NCBI RefSeq assembly: GCF_052425735.1
Contig: NC_135761.1
Coordinates: 8,246,001-8,310,000, forward strand
DNA from: Oculina patagonica
Taxonomy: Eukaryota
Direction of reading: 5' to 3'
Length of the DNA: 64,000 bases
Of this stretch, positions 13,301-24,967 are shown one piece after another (the stretch's first letter is position 1; each line of letters opens with the position of its first letter). The position numbers and the translations under genes were made by a program. Under the pieces are notes generated by a model. It was not told the DNA's origin. It did no database searches and saw nothing but the letters and a program-made list of their open reading frames with translations.

Positions 13301-14518
13301 TTATCTTAAAACCTTCAGATTGGTGTTCTAGCTTATATGCATCGTAATTTTCTTTATCGCTCCTTTAAGTACAGCCCTCCAATTGTCCATTCTTTCTTTC
13401 TTTGTACAAGTGACCCAATAAAAATCAAACTTACTTGCTTGATTCCTGTTCTATTCAAATGGCTCTTCTCGTTTTTAAAAATATGTGACCTGCAAATTCA
13501 TTGAATGATTAATTGATTTGTTTTGCGAAAACAATGCTCAAAATCGCGAGAGATGATTCAGGTTCAAGTGCCCTTCCCAAACCGAGAAATTTAATTGTCG
13601 AGAACAGTTCGTTACAAGACAAAGATATATCAATATAAATAGAGGATAATACATGGTTGCGCGGAGATATGAAATTTATCTTGGAGTGCTGAAATCGATA
13701 TCTCACTCGATCGCCGCGCTCACTCGTGAAATATCGATTTGAACACGAGAAGAAAAATTTTATATCTCCAAGCAACCATGTATTATTTTGTTTATTATAT
13801 AAACCTACTAATTACGAGATTTTTAAAGATTTTCCGAAGATTTCCAACGATTTTCCGAAGGTTTCCGAAGATTTTCAAAATGTTGTTCGAAGATCTTACG
13901 AATGTTTCCGAACATTCTCCGAATTTTTCCGAAAATTTCCGAAGATTGCCGAAGATTGCCGAGGAAGATCCAAAGATGTTTCGACTTAATATCGATAAAC
14001 TTTGCTTTATTGAGCATTGAAACATGGCAAACTCTGCGAGCTGATCGGTCAAAAATGATATCACACATGTGTGGATATCATTTTTATCCACACGTGTGAT
14101 ACTATTTTTATTGACTTGCTACCACTCGCTATACCACTGCAGTTTATATAATATATATTATTTTTGAATTTCCTACCAGGAGTGCTCATTTGTCAAGAAG
14201 AACAGCAATACGCACCTCCGAGTTGTTTACCAGGGAAACATGCGGATCCTTACCGGAGGTACCTGTAACCGATGGTTCTTCACATTTAACGGTGCCGAGT
14301 GCTCCATGCCAATCGACACGGCGGTTTTCTCTGGTGAATCTGCGAACATCATTCGCACGGCTTCCATCGAGGGCTACTGTCCAGGAATCTCCAGAGGCAG
14401 AGTAAAGGTGGCGCTCAATGTAGGTTCCTGTCCAAGCATCAGGCGAGGGAACGCATACACTAGCTGGAACTCCGTCAGCAGGATCATTGTGGAAGAAGTG
14501 GATCCACCTCAGTCCTAG
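10387..14518 (+). CDS. CTHRC1: CTHRC1-like collagen triple helix repeat protein (gene C), 234 aa
   Basis: Exons 10387-10494, 11599-11856 (collagen with one Gly->Val) and 14180-14518. GT-AG, phase 0, open frame. Confidence 0.88.
10717..11110. mobile_element. Kolobok-type MITE in gene C intron 1 (same insertion as 7224-7633)
   Basis: Right TIR TGACACAGTCCCT+TTAA is intact. The left TIR has lost its outer bases. Flanks match those in gene B. Confidence 0.7.
12241..12809. mobile_element. piggyBac-like MITE, gene C-specific
   Basis: Ends CCCCCCGGTCTGAATAGGG+TTAA, left end degenerate. Genes B (~5815) and D (~25680) show the empty TTAA site. Confidence 0.6.
12973..13305 (+). mobile_element. 5'-truncated CR1/L2-group LINE, 3' fragment
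   Basis: Peptide LVLPQPRTDYLEKSFSYSGAQLWNNLPIDLRQASSLADFKSKL is typical of the CR1/L2 ORF2 C-terminus. It is followed by AATAAA and a (TTATC)4 tail. Absent from gene B intron 2. Confidence 0.75.
13635..14158. mobile_element. Non-autonomous element with internal TTCCGAAGA-type tandem repeats (family uncertain)
   Basis: An insertion relative to gene B just upstream of exon 3. It has a palindromic 5' part and a 9-11 bp tandem array at 13830-13965. Confidence 0.6.
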
Positions 14519-14868
14519 CACAATTAGAATCAGAATCTCTTCAAGTGTTTTTAAAAGGCGATGATGCTTTTTGTCTTAATTAGTTGTAGATTAGAGATGA
14601 TTAAATAAACACAGCTGTGAAGAGAGATTATAAAAGAAGAACAGTGAATTTTAGTGGTAAGCTCTCACGTTGCTATGCAAAGCGTTGATTTCAACCCTTT
14701 CCAAGCCATCTTAAACTATCTAAGCTGTGACCCAATCCTCTTTTTTGCTGAAAACGCGAGCCGAGGGTCTCGAATCCCTCCCCCTTCTCTTTCGAGCCAT
14801 TTTTAGGCTTTTTCCCCTTTCCGTCCCCTTGCACACCTCTGGATCCGGTGCAATCTGACCTTACTAAT

Positions 14869-16317
14869 AACAGTAAAAGTGAGTCCGCTATGCGAACATG
14901 TGTGGACTTTCATTTGAATAAAAGTTGACATTATGAATTAATCAATGAGTTACTGTAGCAGTCAACAACTTCAAGTTTCAAATCGAGTAATTCGAGATAC
15001 AAGGCGAAAAAACAAAGAACTTGTCAATCAATTTATTATTTACAAGACTGTTGGAAGAACAAAGTGTACTATTACTTGTCTTGTGTACTACGCTTCAAGA
15101 AACAAACGTTACCATTGCCCCCGGCTGGGCCATTGCCGCTTGGGATGTCACGCAATGTGAAGGAGCGTGGTGTGACCCTTTGTCACGTCGTTCACGACAA
15201 ATGCCTTTTTTCATGCAAATAAAAACCTAGAATCCTACAAGAACAGCAGTTATTAGACCAAAAGCCTTTCCTTACCGCTAGCAAGATAGGATACTATTTT
15301 CATTAAAAAAAGAAATGTTGCGTGGAGCATGTGAACTGTCTCGCATCGCTTGTTTACACAACCCTTACTTTTTGTGTAAAGCTTGTGTAAACAACTCATC
15401 GAAAAACTTATTTTCTTTCAATGAGTTCTTTTTTAACCTTTTTGGAATAAGAACTTTTCAATAAGCTTTCACAAATAATTTCTTAGTAGCTTGCGTAGAA
15501 AGGCGGAGAAATATATTTTTCTGTTTACGAAATATTCACTTGAAGTCGGTGTTTTGAGAGGCGGCGAAGGACGTTATTTGAACCGACAATTAAATTATTT
15601 TGTCGCACGGTTTGGATATATGCATATTCTACGGTTCGATGTTATTTTTATTCTTTTCATGACAATGTTAAGTTCAGTTCTGAATTCGACATCGGTCTTT
15701 TGTTAAATATACTACTTGAGAGAAATGGAGCTGGTGAATTATATCCCGGAGTCCAAGACAAGTAAAACAACATGATCAGCGAACTTGTTTTGATACAACT
15801 CGTTGTGCATTCATTGTGTTTGGCAAAGCTGAAATAAATAATAACCAGACATTTGATTCGCTTTAATATGCGAATCAAAAATGCTCAAGCCGCACAGAGA
15901 AACAAAAACTGTGGAAAGTGAGTCAAAAGTGTGAAAAACAAGAAACGTGACCTATGACCGCAGTTGTTCAGCTCATTAGATATGAAGATTTCAGCCGTCG
16001 TGATTGTTATTTCACTTTTCATCTACGCCACCGCTGCCTTTGAAGTTGTTCCTTGATGTATATTTTCAAGCCACCACACGTTCTTCGAAAGATGTGTCAA
16101 AAAAGGCTTCTAGATTCAAGAATAAAGTGCGACTTACTCGATACTGATCGAATTTCTGGGTTTACTGCCTTGGCTGCCAATCTCACCGAAACTTCGGATT
16201 CTCCGATCACTGTCGAAAACTTCCGAAAGCACTATCCCGAGTTATCACGGAAAGTGACCCCCCAATCGGAAAAAACTGCATGACAACAATGTGTAGACTT
16301 TAAAGTCCACACAAAAA
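14869..16317 (-). mobile_element. Helentron/Helitron2-type non-autonomous element (HINE-like)
   Basis: Subterminal IR TGTGTGGACTTT (14899-14910) / AAAGTCCACACA (16302-16313), terminal palindrome 16290-16313, small stem-loop GTCCGC-TAT-GCGAAC (14883-14897), no TSD. Empty site downstream of gene D (~27530). Confidence 0.6.
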
Positions 16318-16831
16318 TGATACCCTCGAGAAGATGTTCACTTTGATTTTTCGTGACGTCTTCAAAATTAAATTATGTCGGGGAGCTAGTCGGATTGCAA
16401 GTGTTCGAAATTCCTTCGGCTTTAGATATTTGGAAAACTAACGGACCCTATTACAAGGCAGACAGCAACAGTTTGTTTTTATTACATCATTTCGCGAGAG
16501 GACCTGCTCTAATACCTTTTATTTTTGCGTTTCGTTCAAGATTCACAAACATTAAACAGGCGAAATCAAAAAGTTTTCAAAGACTAGGTAAATATTGCAC
16601 AGAATTCCCCCAGATATTTTAAGCGATCACTTTTGCAAGGAACACAGTTCACGAACTGTTGGCCACACTAAATTTGGATGACAGATTCTTGAATCAGAAA
16701 GTTCAACGTTGCCTTTACTCACACTCCTTGAACAAAAAGTTATTTACCGAAACCATTTAGGCTCTTACACAAAAATGTTGAGATCCGAGTTGATCAGGTT
16801 GAAGATTCGCATGGCTGCCGAGGATACCCAA

Positions 16832-17443
16832 AGTCTGGTTCTCATATGATTGCCCCGATCGTTTCGATCGTTTGCAAAATTAATACTGAGACGATCGTAG
16901 GCAATCGAAGCGATTGGAAGCGTTCGGGAGATTTCATACGATCGTCCCGATCGCCTGATAAGAGCGAAGACCTAGATCCAAGACAATTGCAGCCTTCAAT
17001 GAAAGAGCAAGACTCGTAGCCTCCTATCTTCTCAGTTATAAATTACTTATTGCAGTTTTATGGCGAAGAAAGGAAAGAGAAGCTACCTTATAATAGGAAA
17101 TTAACGACACATGTTATTAACGCGAATTTCAAAAATTCGCGTTAGTTTTGTTGATGTAAACACATTTACTATAAGCATTTAACCAGAACTTTTCTTAAAT
17201 TCGCGTTAATTTTATACGCGTAAATTTTGTTCACGTTGTTAAAATGCTTCGTTATATTCCTATAATAAGGTAGAGGAATAAAACACGAGCGATCCAAGCA
17301 ATCCTGTTCGCCCCAATCGCCGCAGACGTTAGTGATCCTCTGTGTAATGTTCTCATATAATCACCCCGGTTAATACAAGAAAACGTTTTGAAGTGACAGA
17401 AGCGATAGAAACACGATTGGGGTGTTTATATGAGAACAAGGCT
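16832..17443. mobile_element. PIF/Harbinger-like MITE with nested Tc1-type MITE (17086-17270)
   Basis: Ends AGTCTGGTTCTCATAT / ATATGAGAACAAGGCT. The nested element CCTTATAATAGGAA..TTCCTATAATAAGG has a TA TSD and is absent from the left-arm copy (~4211). Confidence 0.7.
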
Positions 17444-19652
17444 TAAAGGGGGTGTCTTGTATCGTGGAAACAGTTTACAGTGAAGCCCCGTCAATATTCG
17501 ACCATCTTATTGCACGACTAATTTTAGTCAAAGGTCCAATAACTAAAATCAACCAATGAAATTGTTCCATTGCCGGTCCAATATTTTTATGTATTGAACC
17601 GCATATTGCAGTCGTGGTTGTTTTATAGATTATTTTTTTAACTGCGAGATATATATTAAAGAAGAATATTACACGATCCGGTATGTAATAGAAGTGTGAA
17701 ACTAATTAATTTGTGGCCGCGGCCGTTTGTTTTCTTTAATAAATTTTTGAGAGTCTCGTTTGATTCTTAAAAGTACCTCATTGCGACATTTATGGGTTTA
17801 GAGCAGCCTTTTCGCGAGGGGACTATATACAGCTTTATACCAGAAAATAAGGAGAGCTGATCATTTGCATGGAATTTTCGGTGAGTTCTTTTCGCGGCAA
17901 ATGGCACAGTTCTGAAAGGTGCTGTTACTTTTGAAAATTCCATTTCTTACAGATAATACGCGCGTACTTTTTACGAATTCCGTGGCATTTGTGGCCGCGG
18001 CTGTTCGTTTTCTTTTAATTTTGAAATAGTGTCTCGTTAGTGTCTCGTTAGTGTCTCCTGGGATAGCTTCCACAGTGCCATTTAAATTCCGGATTAATCG
18101 GTTTTTCCGAAAAAAATATGTAACCGGATTACGGTACCTTTATACAAACCGAGAATGTGGCTAGTGTAGATGTGTTCAGAGGAAAAATACAGCGGAATGT
18201 ATAAGATGATCCAGGTGATTGCAATGTTATAGAACGATGTGAAAATAGCTAACGTGGATTCTATGTCAGTATAAAAACTATTTTCCTTTCGTGCAAAGAA
18301 GCTTTCAGGTTAATGATCGTTTACATTCCTACAAAATACCTGTATCGTTTCTTAGACACACCTCATTTAAGCTTTTAGCGGACCTTTTAGGCAAGCTAAT
18401 ATGTGATACGTTTGATAAACGGTTTGGCGATTCTTGGCATGTGGAGCAAAAATACCTCAAATAACCCTGAGGATTTCTAACTACAAGCTACAAGGAAATA
18501 CACAAAAGTGAAATAAACAGTTCTGACATCAACCTAGTAACCACATAACCACATTCTGCTAAAGAGTCTTTTGACCAGCCTCTCGTCCCCAGCGTAGCCC
18601 CAGCGTCTACTTCTTGTCCCCAGCGTAGCTTGTCCCTTTTAGCCAGCGGGGCTTTTGAACGAGCCACTTTCTTTGCTCTGGGGACAAATGATTTGAATGG
18701 CTAGATTTTAACAAACTGATTTAAATCCCTTTTTTATAAGAAAATTTGAAACAGCTAATTAATTATTGGCTAGATTTCAAAATCCTTTTGTTAAAAACTA
18801 TCCAGTCAAATCATTAATTCGTCCCCAGAACCACTTGTTCTTCGTGCAAAGGCCTCGCCGGCTAAGAGGGACAAGCGGCTCAGGGGACGAGAATGAACGA
18901 ACCTAGTAACCACGCTTCTCATTCCCCTCAGAATTTGAGACGACGCCAAGTAGCGATGTCGTGAAGTTTAAGAAAACACCTTGGGATTAGGCTGGCTGTT
19001 TGTTAACAGGTCTTTCTTTTTCCCTCTTCCATACTTTTTGCATTCTCGAATTTATTTCTCGAACATATTTTTTCCAGTAATGTGAGATTTTGAATAGAAA
19101 TTCTGTGAGGTATCCGTGATCAAGAGTAAATTGCATCACCGGCCGAAAAGAGATTTGAGTGCGTAGATAAAATACATCTCAAGTAGCTAAGATAAATCCA
19201 TTGAGGAAAGCGGCCAATATAGTTTGATTAGAGTCTTTGTATTGCGTACGTTTACTGAAGAGATGCACTTACGGGAGGCGGTATTTGTACTTTCATCTAA
19301 ATTAAATGTTGTAAAGACCATTCATTTCCCTTCTTCTTTTTTAGAAGGTACAGCAGTCCCGAGACTTTGGACTTTGCAACATTTTCAGCGCTAGGAAAAA
19401 CTCAATTTGCAACACACTACCTCAGAATAAGGGTGCTACGTAATTTTACGTAGCTGACATCAGTTATATTTAAACATGCAGGCTAGTTTCACGAATGGTC
19501 CAACAGCTTGGCATGATCTTGTCTACACGGAATTTTGTTTAAAGGTCAAAAAGTTTATTCTTCGTGGCGTCGCAAGGCTGTCCACTTTAGATAAGCAAAA
19601 CGTAAATAGATGTTCTTATGGAAAAAAGCACGTCTGCCTGCCTCACTTTTCC

Positions 19653-19660
19653 TATATAAA
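19653..19660 (+). promoter_or_regulatory. TATA box of gene D
   Basis: CCTATATAAAGGGG 100 bp upstream of ATG 19753. Confidence 0.7.
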
Positions 19661-19752
19661 GGGGAGTGCACTTCAATCAAAGAGAGCCTGGTCGCAGCCT
19701 TCGTGTCAATCGGTGAAAATTTTACTCCGTTGGAAGACAACGTTCAAGCGTC

Positions 19753-22700
19753 ATGTCCTTGGCGATTTATTTGGTTCTTTGCCTGAATTTTCTGGTGATT
19801 CTACAGCTGCAGTTGATTTCCGGCGCTATAGCAGTGACACCAAAGGGGCCACCTGGTCAGGTATGTATCATACCAGTGCTGAACAACAAATTAAACATGA
19901 TACCTCCCGGTATCTGGGAGGCCATGGGTTTAATTCCCGTCGGGGATTCAGATTTTTTTTTCTTTGTCCCACACTCGTGTCATGTTGAACAATTTCTTCA
20001 CTATATATCACCAAGCTTAAAATTTACCATCTTTATTATTTACAACAAATTAAACATGGTTTTTAAATACGTTAACACTCGTGCAAATTGCTTTGCTCTG
20101 TGAATTGCTCCAAGAATCGTGTAACATCAGCTCTAAGTGATCAAGGTGTACACAGGCTTCAGGACTTGACGGCATTTGGCACTGGTTTGCATGATTTCGT
20201 GTCTTTTGCTCTCGGGCTTAATATCACTTATCACAGTATCGCCCTATCGATCAAAGATCATCAAAGAGATTTTATACCAAGTGGTCGAGAACGCTGCAGC
20301 TTAAAATGAACGTGCAAATTGTCAGGCTTTTTTCGCACTCGGGAAACATTTTTATAACATAGCTAGCAGAGCCGCGCAATCAAATTCAGTATACGTAAGC
20401 GTGCTCAAAATCCCGATGGAGCACGCTGATGACGTAATCGACGAGCGAAAATCTCACTGAGTAAAGCTCATACGCTGCGGGTGTTTTGCTAAAGCGATGA
20501 CATATTATCTTCGGAATATGAAAAGTGAATCCTTTCAATATTTTCCCAAGGATACGAACTACAAGGTAAGCTGTTTCTTATTACCAGACGGAGAGCGAAA
20601 GAGAAAATAAATTCGATTTTGCCGTCAAAGTTGTTTGTGTGCTTTCCTTCATTCAAACAACAACAACTAACGTGCGAGTCTCGAAGGACGAAAATCATTT
20701 TTTCACTGCCCTAACGTGGAAGAATGGGCCAACCATGAGTGACAACAGCTCGATGGCACTAAAAACTAGCTGCCTGACGAAAGTTTTCGCGTTTTAAGCA
20801 TTACACCAAAGCGTCTACGGCTCTGTTGTGATTTTGCCGCTCGGGAAAAATTAAAACTTCATCGGGCGCTTCATTCAACTACCGTTTACAAAAATGTTTA
20901 TTTACATCAATTACAAATAAAATCGGTCCACAAAAATACTTAAAACTAAGCATGGAACCGAATTCTTTGACTCTTTTAACCCTTGGAATCTGTTCGGCTG
21001 TTCGAGGTTGTTTTGTTTTAATTTTCTTCCACGCGGGAGTAAACATTTTAATTTTAATTCAGCGAAAACTTGTTTCAGAATCAACAGCAGTATTTGCTGT
21101 TTTTGTCATTTTTTTTCTTCGCTCTGCCACCGTATAAACTTAAATTAGTCAATTTATCAGCCATTTGACACAAACTGCTCCAATCGTGTAAACTTGTACA
21201 TGTGTAATTTATTACTCGACCGCTAAGTTTACGTTCTCACACTGCACACAATAAACAGTTTTTTTTCCGCGGCCGGTTTTGATGCACAATTCCACCGGCA
21301 ATGTTATAAAACAATTGGTTCATGCTTTTAGCTGTGCTCCATCGAGTTATGGAGCACTTGGGAAGTTTGGAGAGCACTCAAGAAGCTAGAGTTGCCCTCG
21401 GCTATCGCCTCGGGCAACTCTTCCGCTTCTTTCGTGCTCTCCAAACTTCCCGCGTGCTCCATAACTCGATGGAGCACGCTAAAGCATGAACCAATTGTTA
21501 ACGAAAGCCCTGATCTAGGTCGTGGTACACCTTATATAGCTAGTTAAGGACTAAGGGACTTATTTTTCTACCAGTTTTAATAAGTTTGGCTACCTTTCAA
21601 TTATTCAAGTCAAAAGAAAGGGATAAATGAAATGAAATGATACGAAAGATAAGAGCCAAATTAAGTTAAATGATATTACCGTTTCACTGAAATCTGTATT
21701 TGTTACCTGATGTACACTGTAAAGGTGGATTTCCACTGTCGCGTTTTTGTTGACGCACGTTAACGTACGTAAAAATTGTAAACGTACGTATAAATGAAAT
21801 TTTACGCGCGTAATTACGTGCGTCGAATTTACGTTGTCCAATTTCCAATGTCACGTTTTTTTCTTGGTATTTACGTACGTTACACGCACGTTTACGCAAG
21901 TAGCGATCGCGAGTGTTTTCAAAAAAGTTGAACTGAGCTCAACTTTTTTCGCGGCTGTCTGCGGTTACGCAGCGATTTACCCAATCATACTTTTGGATTT
22001 TGTCACATGACACCACTTACCATGTGGAAAACCATTATGTTTTAAATTGCCGTCGATTTACATAGAAAAACATTCAGATGTAGAAGCACTTCTCATCGAA
22101 AAAGTCCAAACATTTCCAGCAATAATCTATAGAACTGACTACAGAACCAAATTACACGAACGCAATAGTATAAGAAAACGCCTGGCGTCAGGTCACGGGC
22201 TTTCAACCGGCAATCCGGGAAGGTCGCCTAAAATCTTTTTTTACTTGATGGTGTCTTTCGGAAGTGCCTCTTGGTCATATTCACGCATTTTTTTTTTACT
22301 AGCGTGTGGTACAAAGTGTTTTCATGGCAGCCATGTTGGAAGAGTCAAACAACAAGATATTTGCATAAAAATGTTAATGATTTTTTTCCCAAAGGAAAAA
22401 CAATTCATTGTTTCACTCCTCCAATATGGCCGCCAATAACACACTCTATTCGCCAACTTGATAATTCAGGATGGCGGGCATTTACGTCCGTTCAACGCAC
22501 GTAAAAAAAACGCTTTTTACTACTTTTTTCGCGACAGTGGAAATTTGCCTACGTATCTTTTATTACGCACGTTTTACGTACGTAAATATTTACGCGTCAG
22601 TGGAAATCCACCTTAACTCTGTAAGGACAAGGAAATAAATCCCGACAAATAAAAGAAAGTTTTGATAAGGGGTAAACATAAGCTTAATAAGTAAAACTCA

Positions 22701-24271
22701 CAAATTTTAACGTTTGTTATACTGGGACGAACAACAACCATTATTATACATTAGAATTACTTTGAAACATGTGATTGGTCGAGAGTATTCAGTCAATATT
22801 CAGTAGCGTGTGAACTCGACATGATAATCCAATATCTGCAGCAGATATTGGGTTATCATGTCGAGTTCAAAGTCCGCCTCGTTTCCAAGCCCCTCGTCCG
22901 TGTAGTGCTGTCAAACTTTTGAAAATATGGCTGAGCGATTCGCCTCCGTTTCCGAAGAGGAATTGAAAGTTTTGATCGAGAATAAAGATTGTAAAAACAC
23001 CAAGAGAACAATAAAAGCAAGTGTAAAAATTCTGAATGATTATTTGAGAGAGAAGAACCTGGAGGAACCACAAGATAAAACCGCTTTGGCCAATGTTCTG
23101 ACGAAGTTTTACGCCGGCGCAAGAAAAAGTGATGGCAAATTGTTTGGAAAGGTATAATAAAACAATTATTGAATTTGGTTTTCGCATGGTATCGTGAATT
23201 ATCAAAACCTCGTGTCTGTGTTATCTGCCTCAGCCTTCGGCTTCGGCAGATAACACAGACCTCGGTTTTGATAATTCACGATATCATGCTCAATCTCATC
23301 CAATAATTGCTTAATATCGTTCCGATCACAAATTCTCCGCCACTCCAGTCTCTCCTTGTTAACAAGTTGCTGTTTGCCTAGGATATTTTTAATCAAAAAG
23401 GCGACCATTACTTTTTGGCATCGAAAGAAAACTATTTGTTTGTCTCACGTCAGGAGGAGCATGACAGAAGGATTCGTCTGAACAGTTCTTCCTTTTCCAT
23501 GCAATATCTGAATTTTTTTCGAATTGAACGTTCTACGTCCTTATTCTTTAACATCGAAGTTATAACTTCGTTTTCTGTTTTACAGCCGTCTGAACGAAGA
23601 CGTCAAAAAGGAGAGACAGCGGGCTTTACGTGCCGTCGCCTCACGTGCTTCAGTGAAATTTATCATTTTTGTTCGCATATAAACGGCGCATTTGCTTGTC
23701 TCGCTTTTGAACAACTGCAAATTATTTTTACTTTTTGAATAGTACTACATATTTGTATACCCCTTATTTTTATTTTCTATCTAATTTGTCGCGATTTATT
23801 TCCTTGTCCTTACGTTGTACACAGAATACATCAGGCAACAGATGCGGATTTCAGTGGAACGGTAATATCATTTAACTTAATTTGGCTCTTATCTTTAATA
23901 TCATTTCGCCATTTCGTGTTTTTATTATAAACACGCCCGCCAACCATTATGATGAAATACTGTACGCTTGGAGAGTTGCTTGATATTTTGAGATAAAAAA
24001 ACAAGGCCTCTAAATTCCTCACAAGTGAGGAATAATTTTTCTTTCTTTTAAATTAGATTAGATTTTAGATTCACAGATGTATAGCTACTATGTAGAGAAA
24101 CTGTGTATTCTCTATTTTCCAATTGCCCATAATACACTTTGTTTGCCCCCAAATTTTGCATAAACTATTGTTTTCAAATTCTCTTGGGAGGACTGCATAT
24201 TTCCAAAACAATAGTTTATGCAAAATTTGGGGGGCAAACAAAGTGCATTATGGGCAATTGGAAAATAGAGA

Positions 24272-24324
<53 letters not shown>

Positions 24325-24933
24325 AAATGTCGTATGGTTTTAAAATTGCTTGTTTCAGAATCCATCGCAGTGTGTGGCTAGTGGATGTGTTCCGGGAACT
24401 CCAGGGATCCCAGGCAGCCAAGGAACTCCAGGGAATCCAGGAATCCCTGGAAATCCAGGAAATCACGGCATGCCAGGACCGAAGGGAGACAGGGGCGAGA
24501 TTGGCTTTAAGGGAAGTGTAGGAAGCCCGGGAATTATGGGACCTCCCGGGAGCCCAGGAACATCAAACTGGAAACAATGCGCTTGGAAGAACGTAAACAG
24601 TGACCTGGACAACGGAAAAATATCTGTAAGTGCCAACTATCTAGATATATTTTAGAGCGAGCCTAGCGAATCAATAAAAGGGTCACTACGCATCACTACT
24701 TCTTAAACAATTGTATAGTATGTATGTAATTATACATCGACGCCAGATACCGTTAGTAATGTAATTTATACAACAGTAAATAATGTAACTGTATTGTAAT
24801 CGTATTGTCATATTAGCAACCATGTTTTTGTAAACAAAGTTTTTGTTTTGTATGTGTGTGTGTGTACTGAAATGAATTATAAAAAAAAATCACTACTTTT
24901 AAAAGTCAAACGCCAAGAGACATAATAACATCC

Positions 24934-24967
<34 letters not shown>

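Noticed and set aside
13726-14099. Several overlapping 65-98 aa ORFs
   Set aside because: They arise from stop-poor TTCCGAAGA tandem repeats in a non-autonomous element.
24123-24521. ORFs with poly-Leu, poly-Tyr and poly-Asn runs
   Set aside because: They are translations of the (ATT)n microsatellite and a MITE within an intron.
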